NCBI GenBank assembly: GCA_951406725.2
Contig: OX597837.1
Location: forward strand, 4,154,001 to 4,218,000
Source: Octopus vulgaris
Taxonomy: Eukaryota
Direction: 5' to 3'
DNA: 64,000 nucleotides
Each line of letters begins with the position of its first letter. Within the stretch, counting starts at the first letter, position 1. The notes below the pieces were generated by a model, which did not search any database, was not told the origin of the DNA, and worked only from the letters and a program-made list of their open reading frames with translations. The position numbers and the translations under genes are program-made. Positions 25,850 to 39,539 of this stretch are shown here, piece after piece.

Positions 25850-26466
25850 ATAAGGGCAAAGGAAAAAATTTCTAATGCCAAATATGCCGAAAAATTGGAC
25901 ATATTGTCCATTAACCATATAATTTTTTCACAATACGCATGCTACTTGAAAAAAGGGTCGACAGAAATTTCTAAAAAATTCCATTATTACCATATCGGAC
26001 CAATTTCAGAGTTAGCTACTAAGAGCCCCCTCTTCGTCAGTGATACATGTGGCAAAAGAAATAAATGAGATACTTACTCGTACCCATCGAAGAAGCAAAT
26101 ACTAAGTCATGGACACAACTAAGTACCCTAAATACATCCAAAATAGAAATACGTGCCCATTCGAGGCACGTGCGATTTGAACTGAGGCTCTCACAGAGTG
26201 AGTTAATGACTTAGTATTTGCTTCTTCTATGGGTACGAGTAAGTATCTCATTTATTTCTTTTGCCACATGTATCACTGACGAAGAGGGGGCTCTTAGTAG
26301 CTAAATCTGAAATCGGTCCGATATGGTAATAATGGAATTTTTTAGAAATTTCTGTAGACCCTTTTTTCGAGTAGCGTGCGTATTGTGAAAAAATTATATG
26401 GTTAATGGACAATATGTCCAATTTTTCGGTATACTTGGCATTAGAAATTTTTTCCTTTGTCCTCAT
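25850..26466. mobile_element. Inverted-repeat hammerhead element (family F4), ~255-bp arms, 95-bp spacer
   Basis: 25850-26110 is the reverse complement of 26206-26466; each arm carries CTGACGA...GAAA...TC (26268-26325 +, 25991-26048 -); set between (TA)n tracts. Confidence 0.8.
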
Positions 26467-26472
26467 TTTTAT

Positions 26473-26546
<74 letters not shown>

Positions 26547-26666
26547 TGAGTTACAAATATTGTTGTCTGTGGAATCATATTTGTAGTTAAAAGAATTAGC
26601 TGTCTTTTGGCTGCTATTTCTAAATTTTCGGTATGTGGTGAAGCAACTTGTTGCTAAACCATTATA

Positions 26667-26875
26667 TACTCTTTTACTCTTTTACTCTTTTACTTGTTTC
26701 AGTCATTTGACTGCGGCCATGCTGGAGCACCGCCTTTAGTCGAGCAAATCGACCCCGGGACTTATTCTTTGTAAGCCCAGTACTTATTCATCAGTCTCTT
26801 TTGCCGAACCGCTAAGTGACGGGGACGTAAACACACCAGCATCGGTTGTCAAGCAATGCTAGGGGACACACACAA

Positions 26876-26918
<43 letters not shown>

Positions 26919-27072
26919 CACGACAGGCTTCTTTCAGTTTCCGTCTACCAAATCCACTCACAAGGCATTGGTCGGCCCGGGGCTATAGCAGAATACACTT
27001 GCCCAAGATGCCACGCAGTGGGACTGAACCTGGAACCATGTGGTTGGTTAGCAAACTACTTACCACACAGCC
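26667..27072 (-). mobile_element. SINE family A
   Basis: Near full match. Confidence 0.9.
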
Positions 27073-27181
<109 letters not shown>

Positions 27182-27224
27182 CATAGAATAATGAGACAAA
27201 ATAGCACATGTCTCAAAAACTATA

Positions 27225-27620
27225 CCTGTAGGATCAAGATACAGCCATCGGTGTGGGTGTAGCTGGAGACGTGGCTGGCGTCTTCATGACCTGGTGGAAC
27301 AGAAAACTTAAACAAATGTTTGCAGAACTGTTCACTACTCTTATACTCTACAGTAGATATTTAGATGACATTAATATCATAGTTAAGACCAACTCTAGTG
27401 ACTGTAATGTAGATACTGAGAGGAACTTAATCGAGAGCATCCAGCAAATAGCTAACTCCATCCAGCAAAGAATCAAGCTAAAGATTACCCCACTAAGCTC
27501 CCTAACAATAGACTCCCTGTATTTGATACTGAAATTTGGTTACAAACTCTGAACAATAGAGTGCAGCTTCTCCACTCCTATTACATGAAACTCTTAACTT
27601 CACAAGCAGTTGTCAGCGTA
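27225..27620 (+). pseudogene. Penelope-like RT core fragment
   Basis: TAIGVGVAGDVAGVFMTWWNR ... LYSRYLDDINIIV; after a frameshift DYPTKLPNNRLPVFDTEIW ... LLHSYYMK. Confidence 0.75.
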
Positions 27621-27627
27621 TGATACT

Positions 27628-27852
27628 ACCTATTTCTTTATTACCCGCAAGGGGCTAAACATAGAGGGGACAAACAAGGACAGACATAGGTATTAAGTCG
27701 ATTACATGGACCCCAGTGCGTAACTGGTACTTAATTTATCGAGCCCGGAAGGATGAAAGGCAAAGTCGACCACGGCGGAATTGGAACTCAGAACGTAACG
27801 ACAGACGAAATACGGCTACGCATTTCGCCCGGCGTGCTAACGTTTCTGCCAT
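27628..27852 (-). mobile_element. SINE family C (Nin/Deu-like central domain)
   Basis: Minus strand has GAGTTCCAATTCC then GCCTTTCATCCTTCCGGG..GATAAATTAAGTACCAG; copies at 36755 and 60462. Confidence 0.8.
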
Positions 27853-28549
27853 CATTGGCGTCTTTAACAAAGTAATTGACTGACTGTGTATGCAGGCACC
27901 AAACCTGCAAAATAACCGGAAAGTAATGCAAGCACTGAGCCAGCCGCCACTGACGAATGAATATCAATAGGATGCATGTACCGAGTTTTGTTTAAATGTG
28001 TTTTACATGCATGAATAGTCACAGGTATGGGAAACCTCACGATTTTCAGAGTATGCACGCTGCGGCAGTTTCTGAATGTGAGACATGAAGGGACAGAGTC
28101 ATTTCACCAATAACTTGGTTGACACATATTACAGCTCACTAGATTGGAACGATGAGTAACGAAGTGTGCTCATGCCCATATACATACAAACATACAAACA
28201 TACATACAGTCATGTATGTATGAACGTATTTATGTATAGTTCAAAACTGTTCAAAATAAACAAAGTAAATCACAGGGTTAACAGCAACAAACAAGACGAA
28301 TTACTTTGACGCTGAGGAATAATGGAAGTCTTTGCCGTTTCGAACCTACTCTCTCCTACAGATGCATAAGGAGGGCAAACATACATACATACATGCAAAC
28401 GTCAAGGGATACATACACAAAAATTACGTAGACAAATATGCATATGCTTTCATATACATATATAAATGCAAACACATTTGCATATATACACACACATATG
28501 TATGTATATATGTATATATATATATATATTTATTCATATATGTATATAC

Positions 28550-28605
<56 letters not shown>

Positions 28606-28639
28606 GTTTAAATATTTGTTGTGCAAGATTTTTTATGTG

Positions 28640-28895
28640 AAGTCGTGTGTTGAAACAGATATTGTTATATTTCGGAATGGTCATATTGCCAGTTTAGCCA
28701 ATAAAAACACACGCACTATATATTTGGTGTTATTTTGCTTCAGTGATGCGGTCACAGGAGTGTGACGAAAGAACTTTGGCCGAAATAAGATTAAGATTAA
28801 TGTAAAAAATAAATATCACTGAAGCAAAATAACACCAAATATATAGTGCGTGTGTTTTTATTGGCTAAACTGGCAATATGACCATTCCGAAATAT

Positions 28896-28900
<5 letters not shown>
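28640..28900. mobile_element. Family F2 element, fold-back copy
   Basis: About 28660-28747 is the reverse complement of about 28815-28900; direct arm starts inside the hammerhead core (TGATGCGGTCAC). Confidence 0.75.
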
Positions 28901-28949
<49 letters not shown>

Positions 28950-28974
28950 AATATATATAGATTGTATGTGTATT

Positions 28975-29762
28975 TTTTTTTGTTTTTTTTTGTTTGGCAT
29001 CCTTTCTGTCTCGGGAGACAATGGAGTTGCGCATTTTTTTTTTTTTTTTTTTTTCTAGGTCTAGTCCGGCTGTTATATTTTATTTCCTGTTACATTTCTT
29101 GCTGTGGCTGTGTAGTCCTATCCTGGACAAACACTCCCTCTGGCAGGTACTGCAAATGTAGCGAAGACTGTTCCTGGCTGGTTGTAGTGCCATGGTCTCT
29201 TGTTTATGTCTCTTCCTTTCTTTCCATTTCTCCTCTCTCTTTCTGTCACTCCTCTGTATACCCTCTTTTACTGTACGTCGCCATTCTCCACGGTTGCTGG
29301 CGACTGCCTCCCAACCGCTAATGTTGATGTTGCAGGCCTTCATATCCCTTTTGCAAACATCCTTGTAACGTAAGAGCGGTCTACCCACAGACCTAGTACC
29401 CCTAGCAAGCTCTCCGTAGAGTATGTCCTTGGGGATTCTGCCATCTTTCATACGGCTAACATGCCCAAGCCATCTCATACGTCTTTGTGTGAGGAGTGCA
29501 AACATGCTTGGTATTCCTGCTTGCCTGAGGACATCTTTGTTGGGGATATGATTCTGTCATTTGATGTGGAGGATTTTTCGGAGGCAGCGCAGGTGAAAGA
29601 TGTTTAGGCGACGCTCTTGGCGTGTGTATAGCGTCCAGGTCTCGCTTCCATACAGTAGAGTGCTGAGTACACATGCCTGGTAGATCTTCATTTTTGTGGT
29701 CTTGGTCAGCTTATTGTTGTCCCAAGCCCGTTTGGAGAGTTGGGCCATCGCAGCAGCTGTCT
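28975..29762 (-). mobile_element. RTE (BovB-like) LINE, 3' fragment with A-rich tail
   Basis: KIYQACVLSTLLYGSETW, FHLRCLRKIL, RWLGHVSRMKDGRIPKDILYGEL, GRPLLRYKD, CSTCQRECLSRIGLHSH; short 3' UTR. Confidence 0.93.
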
Positions 29763-30129
29763 TGTATATATGCACATATATATATGTGTATATATGCACA
29801 TATATATATATATATGCACATATATATATGTGTATATATGCACATATATATATATATGTGAGTAAATAAATAAATAGAGATATAGATATATATATAAACA
29901 AAAGTTAATCGTATTAAATGTCTAAGATTGATAGATCTACTAAGTAAAAATGATATATATTAATATAACATGTGATATAATGCGTTTACTTAATATAATA
30001 TAATTGAATTGATGTAAATATCTGCGCTAGATGGAAAGTAATAAATTAAAGCTGTGAGTGTTGTGTCAGTTGTCTGTGTGTTGTTAAACAAACAAAATTT
30101 ATCATTATATAACTTATGTAATATAATAT

Positions 30130-30212
<83 letters not shown>

Positions 30213-30227
30213 TATGTAAAATATATC

Positions 30228-30736
30228 AGTGAGGCCAAGACGTTCGCTTCGCAAACACGTTCAGGTTCAATGATAACCAGTGCAGGGTAGCATTTATGGG
30301 TAAAATTTTGACACAGCAACTTTGAGTTACCTTATTATCTTACGTCACACATTCTAACACCTTAGGCACCAACCCGCGCGTGAGACCGCCCTTCATTCCA
30401 TAATTCAAATATATATGGAGGTGCAATCGCCCAATGGTTAAGGCAGCGGACTTGCGGTCGTAGGATCGCGGTTTCGATTCCCAGCATGGGCGTTGTGAGT
30501 GTTTATTGAGCAAAAACACATAAAGCTCCACGATGCTCCAGCAGGGGATGGTGGCGATCCTTGCTGTACTCTTTTGCCCCTCTTTCTCCCACTTTTTCTA
30601 CTGTTAGCCTGATCGCTTAGTGGCGTCATACGAAGGCTAAAACAATGGGAAAGCATTGTGACCACCGATGTGTAACAGCATCTGATAGTCTGGTCGGTCA
30701 CGTGATCACGTGATATATATATATATATATATCTCA

Positions 30737-30776
<40 letters not shown>

Positions 30777-30790
30777 TCATATATATCTCA

Positions 30791-30822
<32 letters not shown>

Positions 30823-30832
30823 TATATATATC

Positions 30833-30865
<33 letters not shown>

Positions 30866-30906
30866 ATATTCATATATCTATATATATATATATATATATA
30901 TATACA

Positions 30907-30964
<58 letters not shown>

Positions 30965-31460
30965 TTGGCTTAGGCTTAGGTTAAAGCTTGTGTTCCGAAT
31001 ATAAACTCTACCGACACCGAGGTTCGGGAGCCCTTTTGGATGTCCTATTTTCCTTGATTAAAATTTCTGCTTCTCTTTGAATGTATACTGGCTATGGGAT
31101 CCTATGGATTTCTATTCGATCAGTGTGTTAGGTACTTGTTGATCGTAGATATGGGGACTTTGGAGCAAAACTCGAGGTTGTTGGGTAGGAGAATTTCGTA
31201 ATGTTTTCCTAGAAAATTGAATTGTCGTTTCTAAGGAATGTGGAGTATGTTATCGCTAGTGGCATCACAACATCTTATACTACACTAGGATATGAAGGTG
31301 TGTGATCTTTTCTTTAAATCTATAGAGTACCAGGGTAGCATTTATGGGTAAAATTTTGACACAGTAACTTTGAGTTACCTTATTATCTTACGTCACACAT
31401 TCTAACACCTTAGGCACCAACCCGCGCGTGAGACCGCCCTTCATTCCATAATTCAAATTT
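30228..31460 (-). mobile_element. Decayed Penelope-like element with direct ~125-bp pseudo-LTR copies, interrupted by a SINE and (TA)n
   Basis: 30283-30409 repeated at 31331-31458; intervening minus strand reads [17 protein letters not shown] (GIY-YIG-like VYIG.T). Confidence 0.5.
30417..30713 (+). mobile_element. SINE family B
   Basis: Matches 7690-7992. Confidence 0.85.
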
Positions 31461-31811
31461 TCTCTTTTAAAGTAATTTAAATTAAAATGCCCTGAAATTT
31501 TCATGTTAATTAATGTTCCAAACTGTAGCTTAATAATGACAAAAATTGTTTTACTTAATTCATTATTTTGAAAATTAATTAAGATAAAGCCAATGTATAT
31601 CGGCAAAATATGGTAACGAAACGAAGGGGTTTATCTTGTTTTAACATTTCTCTCATTTTCCCCACTCTACCCTCTTTCTTACGAGAAGTGGATAAAGAAA
31701 ATATTTCAATCGTATTCAATTAACGTATTGCACTTCCCCTCTTTCCTCCCCACTCTCTATTTTTCTCTCGTGTGCATTTCTGCACATTCGTCCGTGTGTG
31801 CGTGTATCCAT

Positions 31812-32303
31812 ATGTTAGCCCCCCAGCTCCAAAAAGTAATGTTGCCAAACTAATTGGAATAGCTGCTGAGGTTGAGCGCTGGAGCCTAGCGGCAGGTATT
31901 TAAAGGGAAAAATTTGACAAGTCAGTCAGTCACCAGCTGACACTCGCTGACACTCGCTGACGATACATCGAAGAGGCCAGGGAGCAGAAGAAGGAAGAAG
32001 AAAGAAGACATGCACCCACCAGAGCTGAAGGAGGTGGGGGGCGCCACGTCAAAACGGCAGAGGAGTAGGGGCCGAAACCGGACTTGGTTCCTCCTGATGA
32101 TGTCTTGAGCTAATTGTATCCTATAAAGGAGCTGTTGTGGTAGCAGACCACGAAACACGGTTGTAATTCCTTCTTAAGCCGTGCCAGGTTCTCAGAGGCC
32201 AAACAGCCGCGTCAAGTCGTCTCATTCTGATAATTCATGTAGCAAGGTATATCCGTATAAAGTTCATTATGCACGAGATTCTGCTTCCATGTTCTTAATT
32301 ACA
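31812..32303 (+). mobile_element. Possible solo LTR
   Basis: TGT...ACA ends, TATTTAAAG TATA-like box, poly(A)-signal-like TATAAA near end, GC-richer than flanks; no TSD found. Confidence 0.3.
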
Positions 32304-32962
32304 TTTTTAGCAATGTTTTTAACCCTTTATTTCTCATATTTTGTTGAAAATCTGTCTCCGTTTCAATTAAGTTTGGAAATAGCGAAAACTTTAATAAAAT
32401 AACTGTAATTATTAAGCTAATATTTGCAATAGAAATTAGCAAAAATTTTGTTGAATGATTTTAGTTTGAATTACTTTAAAACAGTAAGGAGCGGTCTTAG
32501 GTTGTTCGGCGTCAAAAGGGTTAGTTTGTAAGTGAATTTAGTTTAAGGATACAAGTAATGAATTCCGTGTTGTTAATATGATATGACATACCGAAAGTGA
32601 AAGTGGGCGGTTAACGGGCAATGAATAAGGAACTTTAGATGCAGTGACTTTGTAAATAAACAGACATCTATAGATTGTTATACGGTCATCCGAGCTGCTA
32701 GAAACAGCAGCCGGATTTCAGATCAAACAATTGCATCGCAAAGAAAGCAGGTTGTAAAATGTAGACATATATTATCTTTGAAAAAGATGGCTTTGTTGCA
32801 AGAGCAAAACCTGTTTCAAAAACTGTTACCCCAAAAGGCCTAGAAACATGCTCCGGCGATAGAGAAATCCACAGCCTACGGGCGTTCAAAATATCCTATT
32901 TATAAAAGCGCAATTAACTTCACACACACACATTTGTAAGCATGTATATATGAATAAGTGAA

Positions 32963-32994
<32 letters not shown>

Positions 32995-33045
32995 AAATAA
33001 ATAAATAAATGGAGTTAAACGCAGGTATTATTCAAATTCTTTTAC

Positions 33046-33131
33046 TTCCGACATATGTTTGGAAGACAACATTGGTATTATTCCAAAAGAAATGAAATGG
33101 TGTAAAACAATGTAATCTTCTCATCAGGGAA
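33046..33131 (-). ncRNA. Type I hammerhead motif, G12 mutated (family F5)
   Basis: Minus strand TTCC-CTGATGA-GAAGA...TCTTC-CAAAC-ATAT-GTC-GGAA; sister copy at 53117-53201. Confidence 0.65.
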
Positions 33132-33175
33132 AAAAGAAACCAAACTCAACAAGACATTTTAACTGATAGTAAATG

Positions 33176-33234
<59 letters not shown>

Positions 33235-33599
33235 ATATATATATATATATATATATCAAATATATTATTTATCTTTGTATTCCATTCAGAAGTAAGCCTC
33301 ACTACATTGTTCGTGTTATATTTATCGTAAAATTTAGGGTGGTTTTTTAAGGCTGACACTTTGATATTAATCTTATTCTTCTTAATTTAGCGTTAGAATC
33401 TCGCTAGCCACCTCATTATCACTGTAATATAACGGTAATAATATTTCACATGTTTAAATTTTTATTGTTTGCGATAGTTTCTTTTAAACGGAGCGGGAGG
33501 CTTAAATTTAGAAACACACACGAGTTGACGTAATGAGTATTCTAGAAGTACATGTCAAATACTGTTTCCAGCCGATGAATATAAAGCATGAGATCAGTT

Positions 33600-34630
33600 G
33601 ATGTTGGGTATGTATTACTTATCTTTGTATTCCATTCAGAGGCAAGCTTATATTCAAACAAATTCATTGCATTGCTCGTGTGTATTTATATTTCATGGTC
33701 ATTCCCGTATCGATGTCAATTATCGACCTCCAAAAAATTAATTGATATTTTCTTCTTTTGCAATATCATTTTAGTATCTCCTGTTGGTCTGGTTTCATAT
33801 CCGTCATTAAACGTATTTGATTCCTGCTCTGTAATCTTTACAGAAATTTGAGAAAATATGTGAAGAAATAAAGTAAAATTTCGAAAATTGACTACTTGAC
33901 TCTAAAATGGACTCCTTGACTCCAAAATTAACTCCTTGACTCCAAAATTCGGAAAATTGACTCCAAGGTATTACTTGCCAGATAAGGAGATTTTTCTTCT
34001 AGGAGCTGAGTGGTAAAACCGCTTTCCGCAGTTAATGGTAATAACATTTTGAGCGGATATGTGCTCATCCCGCTTTCAAAGGTTTAAATCCAGAGCATCA
34101 TTATAACATCCCCATGATCATTTCCAAGAATTTTCCCTTACATTTTTACTGGATAATCGTTGATATAAACTTTTGATCGCAAAAGGTAGGAAGTTGAGTT
34201 GTTCTCGATGGATTAGAAATCTGTCGGCGGGTTTTCTGAAGGCGGCTCCTTTTGTTGGTGTTTCCTCTATATCCCCAGATTGAATTCTCGGAAAGCATTG
34301 ATAAGGTTGTTCTTGAAGTTGTCAAAATCCCGATCATTATCAGAATAAAAGACATTGAACTGTGTTTCGGTATCTGTATATGAAAGGGCAGTGAACTCTT
34401 TAATCTCAGATGAGTCTATGCTATCCGTTAGCGCATCGAATGATGCATGGCCTCCATTTTTAATCCACAGTTTCTTATCACAGGAATCCAAAGATCATCT
34501 GGCATTTAATATGATGTTACACATCTGGATCGTTATTCTGGTGCAATTTGCTGCAGATTGAGTGATTTCTAGTGTGATGATTTTTTTTGGTTAAGAATGG
34601 AACCCAGCTATATAAAATTCTGTAAATTTG
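33600..34630 (-). pseudogene. Naiad-type PLE RT remnant, heavily decayed
   Basis: IILNAR*SLDSCDKKLWIKNGGHASFDALTDSIDSSEIKEF resembles II..AR.SLLF...W.K....FDVTMGS.DGAE.CEL; SINFLEV further downstream. Confidence 0.6.
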
Positions 34631-34744
34631 TACAGATTTCAATTGGTGGAAAAAGTTTATGAACACTGGCATACATATACGCACACATATATGATACATT
34701 CTTATAAATATACACACACATTTATATATATTATATATAATGAA

Positions 34745-35000
34745 AGAAGCCCGTCGTATATATGTATATATATATATATGTTTGTGTGTGTATATGTTTG
34801 TGTGTCTGTGTTTGTCCCGCCAACATCGCTTGACAACGATGCTGGTGTGTTTACGTCCCCGTAACTTAGCGGTTCGGCAAAAGAAAATGATACAATAAGT
34901 ACTAGGCTTACAAAGAATAAGTCCTGGGGTCGATTTGTTCGACTAAAGGCGGTGCTCCAGCATGGCCACAGTCAAATGACTGAAACAAATTAAAAGAGTA
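34745..35000 (+). mobile_element. SINE family A, 3' part
   Basis: Matches family A body and tail. Confidence 0.85.
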
Positions 35001-35424
35001 ATACATATGTCGAAAAATCCTTTAGCGGTTTCAGACCAGTAAATTTATATTAAAAACACTAAAAAAAGAAAATGATTTGATAACTGTATCATGGTTAAGA
35101 TTAAGAGAGTATTAATATATTTATTTTGATGCTTTTCTGATTTTTCCAAGATAAGGTCCTGAAAGCTCAAATAATTTTCTTCTTAAGGTAGCGGGCTGGC
35201 AGAGTCGTAGCACGACGGGCAGAGTTCTTAGCAGCATACCACCCGTCTTTATGTTTTGAGTTCAAATTCTGCCGATGTTGACTTTAGCCTTTGATTCATT
35301 AGGGTTCAGTAAAATAAAGTACCAGTTGAACACTGGGGTCTATATAAACGACCGATCGCCTCCCACCAAATTGCTGGCATTGTGCCAAAACCTGAAGCCG
35401 ATATATACATAAGTATATACGTAT

Positions 35425-35428
35425 ATGT

Positions 35429-35473
<45 letters not shown>

Positions 35474-35528
35474 TGTGTGTGTATGTGTGTGTGTATGTGT
35501 GTGTTTGTGTGTGTGTGTATGTGTGTGT

Positions 35529-35575
<47 letters not shown>

Positions 35576-35592
35576 TGTTTGTATGTGTGTGT

Positions 35593-35635
<43 letters not shown>

Positions 35636-35640
35636 TGTGT
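35425..35640. repeat. (TG)n microsatellite
   Basis: Directly visible. Confidence 0.95.
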
Positions 35641-36754
35641 GCGAGCTTTTTATTTATATATGTAAATAATGTTTCTATATATTCTTTTTCAGAAATACTT
35701 TTTTTCCATTCCTACGTGAAAAGATGGAAAGTATCGTATTAGGTTCTATGAATATTAAGTTTCTTTTGTGTGAAAAATAACAATACTTAAATTCAGAAGT
35801 TTTTCAAAGAAACCATAGCAGAGTCGAGCAACAGGAAGGGAAATGTCAATGAAGAGGCGAAGGTGAATTATCAAAAATACTTTTAACACATTTTTCACAA
35901 AACTATAAAACTAAAAATCTGCTAACGTTTATATAAAATAGCTTTCCGGTGTATTTGCTTACAATTCGCTCTTTCTTCATTAGTTTAATCGTATGCCACT
36001 GTTTCTTCTTAACACATATTTACCTTGTTTTATAAATATTTTATATTTTTATTACACACATTTGTTTTTCCGCAGAGATATCTATTTAAAAACGACTACG
36101 ATATTCAGTAAGAACTTACGAAAAAAAAATATAAAGAAAAGACAGATGATAATCGGTTTCCAACTCACACGAAAACACTGTGTCATAGTTTGGCCGTCTG
36201 TTCTAAACACCCTCCAGCACCAAATATTTGCGTGTTGATGAAAGATATTATAATGCAAGACACGTTAAATTATTAACTTGTCAGGTTGATATAATAAATA
36301 TCACACTATAATCGCTGAGAAAATATCTTCTTTTGCTTCAGAATCTTTGTTTAATAAGACTACTAAACAATTACTTCTATACACAGCAAGACGATGCTGA
36401 ATATTTTCAAAGAAGTTTGATAAATCTTGGTAGCTGCTATTCATCGTTTACCCAGTCAAACCGTATTACAAGAACGGGGGCGTTTAACCATTTCGTTTGC
36501 AGAACATTCCACTTCATTTTTTCGGTCAACTTTTGGTACAATCAACCAATGACATTGTCTACAGGTTTGCTTCTAATTCTCAATGAAATCAACCGGTGAA
36601 TTTATATTTCCCGAAGTAGACATTCCGCAAACATAGACTCGCTTTTTAACCAATATATCAGGATATTTTTCATTTCATTCACTATGATGAAAATCTATTA
36701 TGATTGTGGCGCTTTTTATGTGTAATGTGTAATGAAAGTTCAAGACGATATCAT

Positions 36755-36990
36755 ACCTATTTCTTTATTACCCACAAGGGGCTAAACACAGAGGGGACAG
36801 ATAAGGACAGACAAACGGATTAAGTCGATTATATCGACCCCAGTGTGCAACTGGTACTTAATTTATCGACCCCGAAAGGATGAAAGGCAAAGTCGACCTC
36901 GGAGGAATTTGAACTCAGAACGTAACGGCAGACGAAATACGGCTACGCATTTCACCCGGCGTGGTAACGTTTCTGCCAGCTCGCCGCCTT
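36755..36990 (-). mobile_element. SINE family C, full length
   Basis: Head AAGGCGGCGAGCTGGCAGAAACG, B-box GAGTTCAAATTCC, Nin-like domain; TCAAGACGATATCAT present at both flanks (likely TSD). Confidence 0.88.
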
Positions 36991-37239
36991 CAAGACGATA
37001 TCATGATATCATACCAGACGTGAATAGAATACCCTTTTTAGCACGAGAAATTCGTGCTTGAATTAAAGTTCGTCAGCATCGAGAAACATCGAGTCACATC
37101 TCCATATTTCATGAGGCTGATATTGAACTGAGAGTGATGCTTCCTAAATGTCAGGTACTTATCAGTGAATTACTTACTAAATTGTTGTTAGTTTGTACAA
37201 GGTTTACATTTCTTTTATTATTATACTAACTGCAGATTT

Positions 37240-37538
37240 GTTAATGTTTCCTTCTCGAGACACGCCTGGCACATAAGGGCCGGTTTCCCGGTTTCCTTGG
37301 CGTATAGGTTCCCCACATGGACGGGTCGCCGGTCCGTCGCAGGTGAGCTGCAGGATGCAGGATGCAGGAGGAAAGAGTGAGAGAAAGAGTCAGCAGAAGT
37401 TTGCCATTACCTTCCGCCGGAGCCGCATCGAGCTTAGGTGTTTCGTTCATAAAAACACACATCGCTCGGTTTGAGATTCGAACCCACGATCCCTCGATCG
37501 CCAGTCCGCTGTTCTAAACACTAGGCCATGTGCCTCCA
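37240..37538 (-). mobile_element. SINE, family B-like head with a different 3' module
   Basis: Head GGAGGCACATGGCCTAGTG...GGTTCGAATC; 3' half differs from other family B copies. Confidence 0.75.
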
Positions 37539-37690
37539 CCAGATTTGGTAGTGCGTCAGTCAAAATGCTAAGCATGAATATATTTTGACACATTTTATTT
37601 CATTCATCGTGATAAATATTAGAGGGGCCGAAACAATTGTAGTGACCAATAAAGAATCTCGTATCTTCCATATTTCGTCTCTCTCACTAA

Positions 37691-37725
<35 letters not shown>

Positions 37726-38099
37726 TGTATGTATACATGTATGTGTGTATTTGTGCGTTCCACTATCACTCTGATTGACAGCCGGTATTGGTTTGCATTT
37801 GTGATCCATAACTTAGCGGTTCAGCAAAAGAAACCGGAAGAATAAGTACCAGAATGAAAGAAAAAATCAGTAGGGCGATCGATTTATTTGGCTAAACAAA
37901 ACCCAGTCTGTGGCTCAGCATGTCAGCAATTCAATGATTGAGACAAGGGAAACTAAAATAAACGAGAATATTTTCACTTATGATAGATATACTAACAAGA
38001 CTGCGACTACATTTGTTCAACAATAGAAGGACATAGAACAGCTTTGAAACATATGTAGAATAGTGGCTTTGTGTTTGGAAAAAATCCAGCTGAGAGTTA

Positions 38100-39150
38100 C
38101 AGCAATATTTTGTGAAGTAAGTTATTTAAATCTGAGATTGGAGTAAACAATGCTACAATGTAATACTTTATTTGAAGGAATGAGTTACAGTAAGGAGATT
38201 GTTAATTTAATGTAGTATTCACCAATGAGGGAGAATTTATTCTGTGAATTTTATTAACGTGTGGCAGAGTCTGAAAGCAAAGAGATACCTAGTAATTATC
38301 TAAATTTTCACTGCCATTAAAAGGAAAATATGGACTGCTTATTTTCGACGAATACTTGATAATTATGCAGTCGTATTTGAGTGTTGGCAATAATATGTGT
38401 AATCACAAGAGGATGCTGATATCTGAGCCGTGTGATGGGATGCCAGTGGAAAATGGAAGTACTAACATTTTTTTTTTAATAAATATCAGCCTCTTCAATT
38501 TGTATACAAACAATTTATCAATGCAGCTCCAAATGGATTATACGTCCTCTCAATAAAGAAAGCCGACGGCTGAAATTCTTAAACAAGTTTTGAATTTTAT
38601 GATGAATAAATATCCATTTTATATTCTATATTATGTTAATACACAGCAAATGAAGATATACTATTTAGTTCTTAAAACCCGTATTATCATGGACGCGAAT
38701 GGCCTAAGATCTGTAGGCAATCGGGAAAAGTTGACCATGCGAGACGAATATTTTGATGCCATATATCTTTCTATCTACGATATTAACAACTGCTTAAATC
38801 AAGCAAGTTACAAGATTGCTTTGGAATAAATATCGGCCTCTTGCATTTCAGCTTATAGATATTACTTATAAAAATCGATCAAAAGAATGAACAGGTCATC
38901 CGAAATCAACTTTAATTCAATAAGATTGGCAAAAGGCATTATATATTAATTGTTCGGTAACTCAGTTTTCAGTATTTGAAGTTTCTATGAGGATAAGCTC
39001 TGATTATCCTTTGCCTGGCAGAGGAAAACTATTTCAATGGAAAGACAGACTTTGATAAAAACCCTTAATGTCAGACATTTGTAAACCTCGCAATTCTTAC
39101 AATAAGTACAATGGCTGAATGAACACTTCCGTTGACAAGAAAAATAAATA
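38100..39150 (+). pseudogene. hAT-type transposase remnant
   Basis: KEIVNLM*YSPMRENLF, YTNNLSMQLQ, RDEYFDAI...INNCLNQ in expected order; many stops. Confidence 0.45.
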
Positions 39151-39539
39151 AAAAAAACAAGAATGGTTCCTTTTCGAATAGCAGAAGAGGTTCAATTGTC
39201 TAGTTATTGTGTCGTATTCCAAACAACCACAAACAAAATGTATTTGATGCCATTTGTGGAAGCATTTTCTGCTCGAAATTGAAAAAAGCCGAATGAATTC
39301 AGCAGAAAAGATTCCGTTTATTTGATTGATGCATTGAGTTGAATAAGAAAAATGTTGTTAACTTCAGCTGTTTTCCACGTTTAGAATGTTGTAGAATAAT
39401 TGATATATTACAAACATGCAGTATGTCGTAGAAATGTTGCTTCAGTTTTAAAGAATATTAAAAAACAAACACATAAAGATACAGGAAAAAACTTTGCGTT
39501 AAATGCCATTGTGATTCGAGTGGTTTTCAAAATTGTATC

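Noticed and set aside
32020-32100. CTGAAGGA...GAAACCGG hammerhead-like arrangement in the possible LTR
   Set aside because: Core spacing and stem I register do not fit; likely chance
33885-33966. Short 20-bp tandem repeat, superficially CRISPR-like
   Set aside because: No unique spacers, eukaryotic context; simple minisatellite
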